From NCBI GenBank assembly GCA_963795855.1, contig CAWCIZ010000003.1, positions 704,001 to 768,000 on the forward strand: 64,000 nt of DNA, given 5' to 3'. The notes under the pieces are model-generated. The model had not been told where the DNA came from, did not search any database, and saw only the letters and a program-made list of their open reading frames with translations. Origin of the DNA: Vulcanimicrobiota bacterium (GTDB lineage: Bacteria > Vulcanimicrobiota > Vulcanimicrobiia > Vulcanimicrobiales > Vulcanimicrobiaceae). The translations under genes were made by a program, and so were the position numbers. Shown piece by piece: positions 20,978 to 31,416 of this stretch (position 1 is its first letter; each line of letters opens with the position of its first letter).

Positions 20978-21175
20978 CTACTTGCGGCAGTAGCCGTGCA
21001 CTTTCGTGCCGGACTTCGTCTTATAGCCTTTGACCCAGTGTTGACCCGCGGGACACGAATGCATATGCTTGCCCGTCATGGACTTCATCGAGGAATGCGC
21101 GAAGGCGCTTTGGCCGGCAAACGTAAATGCCAGCGCCATCGCCGCTGCTAAAAGACGCGGATAAAAACGATTCAT
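20978..21175 (-). CDS. Small secreted basic protein (65 aa)
   Basis: GGAGG RBS, signal peptide ending AFA, mature part HSCPAGQHWVKGYKTKSGTKVHGYCRK. Confidence 0.7.
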   Translation of the reverse strand: MNRFYPRLLAAAMALAFTFAGQSAFAHSSMKSMTGKHMHSCPAGQHWVKGYKTKSGTKVHGYCRK

Positions 21176-21236
21176 GAGAACCTCCATTGGAGAAAGAGGA
21201 TGCCCCTCTACTTGGGCGGCAGCCTCGCGCGCGCCT

Positions 21237-21634
21237 CTAAGCCCGCTTCTTTTCCTTGGGCGTCACGCACGTTCCGAGGCGCGGCAAACGGTTACCGGCT
21301 CGCTGAGGACGTCCGCCGCACTCTCGTTTACTTGCGGGCGCGCGGCGATGACTTTGCGCGCTTCGAAGCGCATTTTGCGCGACGTCGTACCGACGCTTTC
21401 AATCCAGCCTTCGGCTTCGACGTAGTCCCCGGCGTAGACTGGAGCCAGAAACTCGACGCTGTCGTACGCGACGAAGAGGCCCTCGTCGCCGTCCATGCGG
21501 ATGAGCAGCTCCGTGGCGACGTCGCCGAACAGCGCGAGGATGCGCGCGCCGTCGACCAAGTTTCCGCCGTAGTGTGCGTCGTGCGCGCTCATGCGAAGCC
21601 GGATTACGCTGCTTGCGTCTTTGCCAGTTGCCAC
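21237..21634 (-). CDS. kal: Hot-dog fold protein, 3-aminobutyryl-CoA ammonia-lyase-like (C-terminal frameshift ~21275)
   Basis: [46 protein letters not shown]; corrected end [16 protein letters not shown]. Confidence 0.8.
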
Positions 21635-22804
21635 AGTTCCTCGAGTTCGTCGATGCTCATGTCGGAAAGCGATTTGCCGTCTTTGGCCGCCCGCTGTTCC
21701 ATGAAGCTGAAGCGTTTGTAGAATTTTTCGTTCGCCTCGCGCATGGCGGTTTCCGCGTCGATGCCGATCGCGCGTGAAAGATTCACGAGCGTAAAAAAGA
21801 CGTCGCCGAGCTCTTCCCGCACGTGCGGATCGTCTTGCTTCTCGCGCCTGGCTTCCGCGAGCTCCGTGAGTTCTTCGTGCAGCTTGTCGAGAATGTCGCG
21901 CGCGCCCGGCCAGTCGAAGCCGACGCGCGACGCCTTTTCCTGCATGCGCTGCCCGCGCTGCAATGCGCCGAGATGTTTGGGAATACCGTCGAGCCGGCTT
22001 TTGCGCTTTTGACCCGTCGCCTCTTGGGCCTTGAGTTTCTCCCAGTTTTTCCACTGCGAGTCGACGTCTTCAATCACCGCGTCGCCGAAAACGTGCGGAT
22101 GACGGCGCACCATCTTGTTCGAAAGCGCGTCCACGACGTCGGCGACGGTGAACTTGCCGGTTTCGGAACCGAGCCTGCGCGTGAAAGACGATCTGCAGCA
22201 GCAAATCGCCGAGTTCCTCGCAAAGCGCCGCTTCGTCGTTTTGCTCGATCGCGTCGACGACTTCGTACGTCTCTTCGATGAGATACGGAACCAGCGTGCG
22301 ATGCGTTTGCTCGCGGTCCCACGGGCACGACGCGCGCAAGCGCGCCATGATTTCGATCAAATCGTCCCAACTGTGATGCGCCGATGCCGGCGGCAGCGGC
22401 ACGAGCGGCATCGTGATGGAAGCGGAAAGCGTGGCACGCGGCATGCCGGGCACGATTTCCGTGCGCACGCGCCGCCGTTCGAGCGCGCGCAAAAGCGGCG
22501 GCAAACCCGGAAAGTCTGAAAGCGGATTGCCCAGCACGCCGATGCCGATTCCGTCGTCGCCCGAGACGCGCTCGAAGACCGCGTCGGCGAATTGCTCGAT
22601 GATCTCGGTGCTGCCGCGAACGAGCAGCGGCGGATCGACGACGAGATCGCGCACGATGACGACGCCGTTTTCGGCGAGATATCTCGTCAAGTCCGGCGGC
22701 GCCAGCAGCGTCACCGCGCGGCCGATGCGGCGCAGCGCTTCAACGCTTCCGAGCGTGAGCAGTTGCGGGTCTCCCGGTCCGAGTCCGACGATGCGCACGA
22801 GCAT
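21604..22804 (-). CDS. mazG: YabN-type MazG nucleoside triphosphate pyrophosphohydrolase with N-terminal tetrapyrrole-methylase-like domain (frameshift ~22175)
   Basis: [78 protein letters not shown]. Confidence 0.88.
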
Positions 22805-22828
22805 GGTGCTCGCTGCTTCGCTACGAAA

Positions 22829-22863
22829 GCGCAAGGCCCCGGGTCGGATCCCGAGGCCTCGCG
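22829..22863 (-). terminator. Possible terminator hairpin after prsA
   Basis: Minus strand GCGAGGCCTCGGG-ATCCGA-CCCGGGGCCTTGCGC followed by TTT. Confidence 0.4.
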
Positions 22864-22882
22864 TCTCCATGTCCCGGCGGCG

Positions 22883-23843
22883 TTACTTGGTCGGCGCCGC
22901 GGTTGCCGTCCCGGCGTTCGGCGCGGCTTGCGTCGCTCCAGGCGGCGGCGTGGGGAAGAGTCCGTCGAACCGGTGATCGTCGATCTGAATTTTCGCGCTG
23001 CTTTGCAACTGTTGGTAGAACGGCTGCAGCAGCGGCGACTCTTGCTGCTGACGCAGCATCGTTTCGATCTGATCGTGCGTGCTTGCGAGCGTCGCCTTCT
23101 GTTCGGGTTTGCGCTCCTCGACTTGGATGATGTGATAGCCGTACGCCGATTTTACCGGCTGGCTGATCTTACCGATCGGCGCGCTGAACGCGTACGCATC
23201 GAATGAGGGCAGCATCGCGCCTTTGCGGAACCAGCCCAGCTCGCCGCCTTTCTCGCGGCTTCCGGGATCCGTCGAATACTGCTTGGCTTCGGCGGCGAAA
23301 TCTTTGCCGTTCTTCAAGTCGGCTTCGACTTTTTGCGCGGTCTTCAAATCGGGGACGAGTATGTGACGCGCGCGCGCTTCCGCCGGTTTGTCGAACTGCG
23401 CGTGGTTCTTGTCGAAGTAGTCCTTGATTTGTTTCTGGCCGATCGCGATGTTACCGCCCACCGCCTTGTCGATGATCAGCTGGCGGCGAATGAGATCCTG
23501 AACGTCCTGTTCGCTCAGTCCGCGAGCGGTGAGGAGTCTGATTCCACTGATCGCCCGGATATTGCGCCTTGTACTGGTCTTCGACTTTGTTGATCTCGTT
23601 TTGGCTGACCGTGATGTGATGCTGCTGCGCGTATTGATCGATGAGCATGCTCATCACCAGGTTTTGCAGCACGCCCCGCGCGGCGGGGCTGCCTTCGAGC
23701 TTGCTGTCCAGCTCGCCGTGAGAGATGCTCTGGCCGTTCACGGTAGCGACTGCACCGCCGCCTCCGCCGCCGCCGCAAGCGGCGAGGGAAACGGTGAGCA
23801 GTGCGGTGACAATACCCGCTACGAGCCGGTGGGCTTTCGACAT
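22883..23843 (-). CDS. prsA: PrsA-like parvulin PPIase foldase lipoprotein (frameshift ~23537)
   Basis: Lipobox LAAC, VATVNGQSI, ARHILV, YSTDPGSREKGGELGWF, PVKSAYGYHII. Confidence 0.85.
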
Positions 23844-23944
23844 TCTACGCTCCAAATCAAGGGGAATAACCGCCGCCCGATTCGCTCTGTGCGCGCTCGG
23901 TCCTCCGTAGGAGGATTCCCCTTTGCGGCGTATTGGCCGACGCG

Positions 23945-24217
23945 ATGCTGAGGGTCGAACTTTCGGGCGACATCGATCTCGCCGTCAAGGACGAACTGCG
24001 CGAACGGCTGGATGCGGCGGCGCAAGAGTCCGACAGCATCGACATCGATCTCTCGAAAGTCGAATATGCCGATTCGACGGCGCTGGGGCTCATCATCGGT
24101 CTGCGCAACAAATTGCGCGAGCGCGGCGGAACCGTTCGCCTGGTCGCGCCTTCCGTGCGCATGCGCAAACTGCTCAATTACGCCGGCTTGGACAAGGCGT
24201 TCGAGGTAGTAGACTAA
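23945..24217 (+). CDS. STAS-domain anti-sigma factor antagonist
   Basis: LSGDIDLA, IDLSKVEYADSTALGLI (phosphorylatable Ser motif), AGLDKAF. Confidence 0.8.
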   Translation: MLRVELSGDIDLAVKDELRERLDAAAQESDSIDIDLSKVEYADSTALGLIIGLRNKLRERGGTVRLVAPSVRMRKLLNYAGLDKAFEVVD

Positions 24218-24230
24218 TCTCCGCAACGCG

Positions 24231-27200
24231 CTACATCGCGAGAAGTAGGCCGCGCAGCAGCGGCATCCAAATTTCTTCCGCGCGCTGATTGGTCCGAAGC
24301 GGCGGCAAATCCACCAACACTTTGCCTTCCGCGAAACGGAAGCGGTTCTTCGTGAGCGACTGCAGTTTCGGAATCGCGCTGGGCTGCAATTCGAATCCGG
24401 TTCCAACGCCGAGCGTAAGGCGTTTTTCATCGACGACCACACGCGTGACGTGCTTTTGCAGCGCTATCGTGCGCAGCTTCGTGAGTTCTACGAGATTTTC
24501 CAGCGGCTGCGGCAGCGGTCCGAACCGATCGCGAACTCCCGCCGCGATCTCCTCCACGTCCGCGCGGCTGCGCGACTTCGCGAGCTGCTGATACACCGCG
24601 ATTTTCTGCGAAACTTGCGGGATGTAGTCGTTCGGCACGTAGGCGTCGATCTTCACGTCGATGACGGCTTCACGCTGCTCCTCGAGCGCGGCTTGCCGGC
24701 CTTTTCGCTGCGCGATCGCTTCCGCGAGCAGCTGACAATACGTATCGAACCCAACCGACGCGATAAAGCCGGACTGCGCCGATCCCGAGCAAGTTGCCCG
24801 CGCCTCGGATCTCCAAGTCGCGCATGGCGATCTGCAGGCCGCTTCCCAAGTGCGTGAATTCGCGAATGGCTTCGAGCCGCGCCTTCGCCTCTTCCGTCAG
24901 CGCCTTGTGCGCTTGATAGAGAAGATACGCGTACGCCTGATGATTCGACCGGCCGACGCGGCCGCGCAGTTGGTAGAGTTGCGCGAGACCGAATTTATCC
25001 GCGTCGTTTACGACGATCGTGTTGACGTTCGGGATGTCGATCCCGTTTTCGATGATCGTCGTCGAAACGAGCACGTCGATGTCGCCCTCGATGAACGACT
25101 GCATGATCGGCTCGAGTTCGTGCTCTCGCATTTGTCCGTGGCCGACTGCTACGCGCGCGCGCGGAACTAGCCGCTCGAGCGCATTCTTGACGGCGTAGAT
25201 CGACTCGATGCGGTTGTGCAGGTAATACACCTGTCCGCCGCGATCGAGTTCCGCAGCGAGGGCATGCTGGACGACTGCGTCGCTTGCCGGCACCACGACC
25301 GTCTTGATGGACATGCGGTTTTTGGGAGCGGTCTGAATCAGCGAGAGATCGCGCACGCCCATCAGCGACATGTGCAGCGTGCGCGGAATCGGCGTGGCGG
25401 AGAGCGTGAGGACGTCGACGCTCGCGCGCAGCTGTTTGAGCCGCTCTTTGTGCATCACGCCGAATCGCTGCTCCTCGTCGACGATGATGAGGCCGAGGTC
25501 CGCGAAGGCAATGTCTTTCTGCAGCAGCCGGTGCGTGCCGATGACGATGTCGACCTTACCTTCCGCGACGTCGCGAACCGTCGCTTTCTGTTCCGCTTTG
25601 GTTTTGAAGCGAGAGAGCTCTTCGATGCGAATCGGGAAGCCCGCGAAGCGGGCGCTGAAGTTGCGGTAATGCTGGTCGGCCAAAAGCGTCGTCGGGACGA
25701 GGATGGCAACCTGTTTTTTGTCCGCAATCGCTTTGAACGCCGCACGGATCGCCACTTCCGTTTTGCCGTAGCCGACGTCGCCGCATACGACACGGTCCAT
25801 CGGGCGCGCACGTTCCATGTCGCCTTTCACGTCGACGATTGCTTTCAACTGATCCGGCGTCTCGTCGTAAGGGAACGCCTCTTCGAGTTCCGCTTGCCAA
25901 GGCGTATCCTCTGCGAACGGGTGCCCTTTCGCGAGCTCGCGCTCGGCGTACAACTCGACCAAACCTTCGGCGATCTTCGCCAGCGATTCGGAAACGCGCG
26001 TTTTCGTGCGCGCCCAATCCGCGCCGCCCATTTTCGAAAGGCGCGGCGTGCCGCCTTCGCCGGCGCCGTACTTGGTGACTTGGTGCATCTGCGTAACCGG
26101 CACCAGCATGCGATCGGTTCCGGCGTACTTGAGATCGAGATAATCTTGCGTCGCGCCCAGAATCGTTTCCGTTCGCAGGCCTAGATATTGGCCGATGCCG
26201 TGCACCGCGTGGACCACGTAATCGCCGACTTTCAAATCCGCGAGTGTGACGGGCACGCCTTCTTTGACGGCGCGCATCTTGACGCGCTTGGCGGGTTGTC
26301 CGTAAATCTCGCGATCGCCCAGCACACGCAGGCGCAGATCGGGAATCGTGAATCCCGCTTCGATGCTGCCGTGATCGATGAAGACGCGCCCGTCGCGCGC
26401 GCCCAAATGCATGTGCGGGCCGGCCGTCCGATGCGCTTCCAAACCTGCGGCGCGCACGACGTCCGCGGTGCGTCCCGCGCCGGAGGTGACGAGCAGCACC
26501 GTATCGCCCGCTGCAACCCATTCGCGCAACGCTTGCGTGAACAGTTCTATCTGCCGGTTGAAGTGATCGGCGGGCTGCGCTTGGAGCACGCCTGATTCCG
26601 CTGCGTGCGGCAGCCAGTCCAGCGAATGCGCGCTCTCGATTCCGCCGGGAAATATCAGTGAAGGGCGGCGTGCGAACGCCGGCGCCAGATCGGCAAGGCG
26701 CGGATACGGCGCCGAGACTTCCGCGAGCAGTGCCTCACTGACGTCGTCGTCGCGAACGGACAACTCGCCCGACTCGACACCCGCGAGCAGCACGCTCTCT
26801 TCGCGCGATCGCTCTTCGTCGAGCGCGCGTTCGATCGTGCCAAGCATTCCGGGCTCATCGATGACCAGCGTTGCGCGTTCCGAGAGATAGTCGAGCGCCG
26901 TTTCGCGCTCGTCGAACGCCAGCGAAAGCCAGGGTTCGGGAATATCGGCGCCGGATTCGAGATACGCGCGCAGCGCTTGCGCCACGTTCCGCGGCCCGCT
27001 GAAACGCTCCGCGATCCGCGCGCGCAGCGAGTCGTCGCGCGGTATCTCCGTCCACGGAATGAGTTCGAGCGATTCGGCCGCGCCCTCGCTGCGCTGCGAT
27101 TCCAAATCGAAGGGACGTATGCTCTCGATCGTATCGCCGAAAAATTCGATGCGCGCCGGCTTGTCGGCGCAAGCCGAAAACACGTCGAGAATGCCGCCGC

Positions 27201-27780
27201 GTACCGCGTACTCGCCCGCCGCGCTGACGACGTCGCAGCGCCGGTAACCGAGACGATAGAGGCGCTCAATCGTCGCGTCCCATCCGGCGTCTTCGTTGAG
27301 CCGCAGCGTGAAGCGGGCGGATTGGAAGAATCTTCGCGGCGCGACGTATTGGCGCAACGCGTTGAGCGGCGCGAGAACGATGCCCGGCACGCCGTCCGCG
27401 AGCTCCGCGAGCAGCATCATGCGCGCGCTTCGCTCCGACGGTGATTCTATCGCACCGACGGTGTCCTCGCGCGAACGCAGCAGCCGCACCGTGCGCGGTT
27501 CGTCCTCTTCGAGGAAATACAGCAGGTCGGCAAACATCCGCTCCGCGACGTCCGCAGTGGGAACGGTCACGAATATCTGGCCGCCCAGCGCGCGATACAA
27601 CGATGCGACGAGCGCCGCCCGCGCCGCCGGAATCGTTTCATGCAGGGCATATGCGCCCACGCCGCGTCGCAGGAGTTCGAGCGCAGATGCAAGCGGGCGG
27701 CTGGAAGCCGGAAGCGCGCGGACCAGCGGCCCAGCCACGGTTCGGCGGGAGGCAGTCGAGTCCGCGATGAGGGTGGTCAC
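24231..27780 (-). CDS. mfd: Transcription-repair coupling factor (frameshift ~24783)
   Basis: AVRGGILDVF, GDYVVHAVHGIG, CGDVGYGKTEVA, VDEEQRFG, SATPIPRTL, QLRGRVGRS, RDLEIRGAGNLLG, TRCF C-terminus. Confidence 0.95.
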
Positions 27781-27839
27781 AGCCTTACGATGATAACCGG
27801 TGGGCGCAACCTGTTCGCGGACCAGGGGTGTTTTTAGAA

Positions 27840-27866
27840 TTAGCAGTCTTGACAATCGAGTGCTAA
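27840..27866 (+). promoter_or_regulatory. CIRCE element (HrcA operator) overlapping a sigma-70 -35 box
   Basis: TTAGCAGTC-ttgacaatc-GAGTGCTAA, one mismatch to TTAGCACTC-N9-GAGTGCTAA; TACTAT at 27870. Confidence 0.88.
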
Positions 27867-27903
27867 TTTTACTATTTTTCTGTCCAGGAGGTCTTTCAAC
27901 ACT

Positions 27904-28290
27904 ATGACGAGTCTTGTGAATCGTGACCGCTCGGGCGAGAACGGCTTGCTTGCTCGCCCCTTCAGCGATCTGTGGAACTTCGATCCGATGCGGGTCTTTT
28001 CGGGCGCCCAATCCTACGGGATTGAGATAAACCGGACCGAGGGCGGCTACACCGTCGAGGTCCCGGTGCCCGGCTACAGGCCGGAACAAATCGAAGTCAC
28101 CCTCGAAGACGGCGTGCTGACCGTGAAGGGCAAGAACGAGCGGCGCAGTTTCAGCCGTGCGTTCACCATACCGGAGGACGTCGATCACGAGGGCATCGAC
28201 GCCAAGGTAGAGCACGGGATGCTCACGCTGACGCTGGCACTCGTGCCGAAGGCGCAGCCCAAGCGCATTTCCGTGAAGAGCGCTCCGTAG
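27904..28290 (+). CDS. Hsp20/alpha-crystallin small heat-shock protein
   Basis: AGGAGG RBS; VPG..PEQIEVTLEDGVLTVKG, FSRAFTIPEDVD, AKVEHGMLTLTL. Confidence 0.92.
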   Translation: MTSLVNRDRSGENGLLARPFSDLWNFDPMRVFSGAQSYGIEINRTEGGYTVEVPVPGYRPEQIEVTLEDGVLTVKGKNERRSFSRAFTIPEDVDHEGIDAKVEHGMLTLTLALVPKAQPKRISVKSAP

Positions 28291-28311
28291 TAGGCGCCAC
28301 CACCCGCAGTC

Positions 28312-28339
28312 AAAAGCCGCGCCGCCGTGCGCGGCTTTT
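28312..28339 (+). terminator. Intrinsic terminator after hsp20
   Basis: AAAAGCCGCGC-CGCCGT-GCGCGGCTTTT. Confidence 0.75.
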
Positions 28340-28355
28340 GCGTTACTATTGCGTC

Positions 28356-28811
28356 ATGCTACTTCTTGCAGCGCTGCTCGCCGCGCCGTGCAACGCGCAC
28401 CCAGCGTACGCGGTTCAACCCTCGGTTTCGCGCGTTCGCGTGACGAGGGCGCCCGCCGGCTACATCGCGTCGGCTCTCATTCACTTCACATTGCGCAACA
28501 CGGAACCGGCGCTGATTCCAGCAGTGGATCCGGGCTTGCTCGAGCACGTGCAGGGACATGCGATCGTGGCGCAGCGCGTCGTGCGTTCCTCCGGCGGCAC
28601 GGTTCGAGCCAACGGCTCGAGCGCCGCACAGGCGCGCAGCCGACTGAATCAAACGATTGCGCGAATGCGCGCGGACCTGCAGAACGAACTCACCCGCGAA
28701 GAACGCGCTTACGATAACGTCACGGCGAATGGGGCGTCGCAAAGTCAGGGACCGGCGTACGGATTCCCCGGCGGTCCCGACGTGCATTCGCCGTGTGCGC
28801 GCCCAGGATGA
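28356..28811 (+). CDS. Hypothetical secreted protein, DUF922-like
   Basis: Signal-like N-terminus; LLEHVQGHAIVA and AYDNVTANGASQ resemble DUF922 motifs. Confidence 0.55.
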   Translation: MLLLAALLAAPCNAHPAYAVQPSVSRVRVTRAPAGYIASALIHFTLRNTEPALIPAVDPGLLEHVQGHAIVAQRVVRSSGGTVRANGSSAAQARSRLNQTIARMRADLQNELTREERAYDNVTANGASQSQGPAYGFPGGPDVHSPCARPG

Positions 28812-30075
28812 GCAGCGGAATGCCGATCTGCACTGCGACGATCGTCATGCTCAGCGACCGCGGCAGATCGGTTGTTGCGTCGGCGTAGTAGCGCACGCCG
28901 ATCAGCAGCGATGCGGCGATGAGCGCCCACGCTGCGCGTGACGGCCACGCGAGAAATGCGAGCGGAACAAGCCAAACCGCGTACCACGGATACGGATTCG
29001 GGATCGCGATCCAGAGTGCGAGCGCCCAATACGGAACGGCGTTTCGCGCATCGAGTTTCACGATCCAGGGCGCGGCGAGCAGAGCCGCGATCGCAGCGGC
29101 CGTCAGCGGAATCGAAATCGATTGCACGGAGAATTGCGGAAAGTAATGCCCCGCCGGCGCCAGATGCGCGCGGACGCCGTACTCGAGCGGAATCGCGAGC
29201 GCCGCTACGGCCGCGATACCCAGCGTCGCGCCCGACGCAGCGCTGCGAAAACGCGGCCGATCGTTCCACGATGCAACTGCGAGCGCGGCTGCGGCTGCGG
29301 CGCCCGGCGCTTTGATCAGCGCAGAAAGCGCCACGACGAGTGCGCCGGAAAACGGGCGCTTGGAGGCAACCAGTGCAAAGCCCGCGAGAACGATCGCGAG
29401 AGCCAACACGTCGTTGTGCCCTTCGGCGGCGCTCCATACCGCTAGCGGATTGAGCGCGATGCCCGCGGCGGCCGCAAGGCGCGCGGACGTTGAAAAACCG
29501 GAAAACGCCGCATATGCGAGCGGTGCGCACGCGACCAGAGCGGCGCACGCAAGGACGCGGAACGCCCAGAGCGTCGCTGCGGCGCCGAGGTGAAGAAAGA
29601 GCGCGACGATCGCGTGCGAGAGCGCCACGAATGCCGGTCCGTACACGCACATCGGCGGCGGATTACCCCACTGCCACAGCATCGCGTCGAGGAGCGGATC
29701 ACGAAGCGCGATGCGCGCATGCGAATACGCACTGATGCCGTGCATCGCCATGTCGCCGTATCCGGCATAGGCGTAGACGTCGCTGGAAAATACGACGGGA
29801 AAAGTCAGCGCGGCGGCACACGCCAGTGCGCTCGTCGCGGCGATCGCGGCAACGCTGCGGCAACGGCGCAGCGCAAGCACGTACCCAATCGACGCTATCG
29901 CAATCGCGATCGCAAACGCGATCCACATCTGTGCGCCGAACTGCTGCCAGTACGTGACGACGACGAGCGGCTGCGCGCGATCGACGGCGACGTCCGCGGG
30001 CGCATGCCGCAGCATAACGGCGCAGAGAGCCGCACCAGTAAGAAACCCAGCCGGAACCAGCAGCGCTATGCGCAT
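28720..30075 (-). CDS. GT-C polyprenol-phosphate-sugar-dependent glycosyltransferase (MptA/MptB-like)
   Basis: FSSDVYAYAGYG, CVYGP, LNPL...AAEGHNDVL, LIKA, PYPWYAVW; many TM helices. Confidence 0.75.
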   Translation of the reverse strand: MRIALLVPAGFLTGAALCAVMLRHAPADVAVDRAQPLVVVTYWQQFGAQMWIAFAIAIAIASIGYVLALRRCRSVAAIAATSALACAAALTFPVVFSSDVYAYAGYGDMAMHGISAYSHARIALRDPLLDAMLWQWGNPPPMCVYGPAFVALSHAIVALFLHLGAAATLWAFRVLACAALVACAPLAYAAFSGFSTSARLAAAAGIALNPLAVWSAAEGHNDVLALAIVLAGFALVASKRPFSGALVVALSALIKAPGAAAAAALAVASWNDRPRFRSAASGATLGIAAVAALAIPLEYGVRAHLAPAGHYFPQFSVQSISIPLTAAAIAALLAAPWIVKLDARNAVPYWALALWIAIPNPYPWYAVWLVPLAFLAWPSRAAWALIAASLLIGVRYYADATTDLPRSLSMTIVAVQIGIPLLILGAHTANARRDRRGIRTPVPDFATPHSP

Positions 30076-31377
30076 GCTGGACGCACGCGTGCGGGTGCGG
30101 TGACTTCCGCCGCGGCGAGCGCCATCACGATCCACCATTCCGCGCCGACCTTCGGATAGAAGACCAGCAAGTCCACGATCTGGTGCAGCGCGAGCGCGAG
30201 GCTTGCGGCGAAGGCGGCAATGATGAACGGCGATTCCATCTGCTCTCGCGCGAACGTCGCAATCGACACGTAGACGAGCCACAGAGTAGCGGCGATCAGC
30301 GGAATGCCGCCCTCCGCTGAGAGCTTGCAAGTAGAGGCTGTTCGCATGCGTGCGCACGCCCTGCAGGCCCGTCATCGGAATGTCCAGTTCGAAGTTGCCG
30401 GCGCCCACGCCGAACACCGGGTGCTCGCGCCACAGCGTTATCGCGGCGCGCCAGAGCTCCGGCCTGGTTCCCACGCCGCCCGCGGGCGACGAATCGGAAT
30501 TCCACAGGCGCAGCACGGCGAGCGAATGCGTCACCAAAGCCCACGAGAACAGCACGGCCAATCCCGCCGCAATACCGGCGGTGATCGGAACGATTGCCGC
30601 GCGCAATTGCGAGCGTGAAGCAAACGCAACGGCGAGAATGGCGATTGCCGCGCCCGCGAGCCCGCCGCGCGAGAACGTCAGAATGTCGGTGCAGATAGCG
30701 GCGAACAGCGCGATGCGCGCGATGCCCGAACGTTCGCGCACAATAAATGCCAGCGCGAGCGGAATGGCCGCATCGAAGTAGCCGGCGAGCTGATTTGGTC
30801 CCTCGAGCGGACCGGTGATGCGCGGCAGCGTGTGTCCACTGACGAGGAGCACCGACGTCGAACCGGTTACTTCTTGCGCCAGCGCAAGCGCGCATACCGC
30901 GATCGTCGTCACGAATGCCGCGTTCGCGAGCGCGCGGCGGTCGGGATCGAGCCGGTACGCGGCAACCACGGCGCAAAAAATCAGCACGTACTCGGCGACT
31001 TTCAGCGTCTCACGAATGACCGGATCCGGGTGCGCAGCATGCACGAACGAAATGAGCATAGCGCAGAGTACCAGGATGCCTGCAACCAGAATGCGCCACG
31101 GCGCCTTCTCAGCCAGCGGCGCGAACGCGTCCCGATACGCCGAGAGTCCGAGCAGCACGCCGAGCAGCGCCGTCTTCTCCAGGGTGATCTCGGTTCCGAA
31201 CGCCTCCTGATAGAAGGCGAAGGGAACCACGGCGATCAGCACGCACGCGCCGTAAGCGGCTTTGCGCATCGTCAGCAGCGTCACGCCGATGAAGAAGGCG
31301 GCGTAGAACATCAGACCGATCGCATCGAGCGGCGGATACGCTGCCGGGCCCGGCTGGAAGTGGAGGAAATGCACCAC
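30066..31377 (-). CDS. O-antigen ligase / O-oligosaccharyltransferase (Wzy_C) family protein (frameshift ~30320)
   Basis: RITGPLEGPNQLAGY, LTFSRGG, RPELWRAA..LWREHPVFGVGAGNF, HANSLYLQ.L.AEGGI. Confidence 0.82.
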
Positions 31378-31416
31378 GGCGGGCTTCGGTGCACGGGGAG
31401 CGAAATCCATGCCGCA

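Noticed and set aside
23750..23775. GCC-type repeats (also near 58080)
   Set aside because: They encode poly-Gly linkers after lipoboxes; ordinary.
27781..28215. N-terminal extension of Mfd
   Set aside because: Antisense to hsp20 and spans the CIRCE promoter; not Mfd-like.
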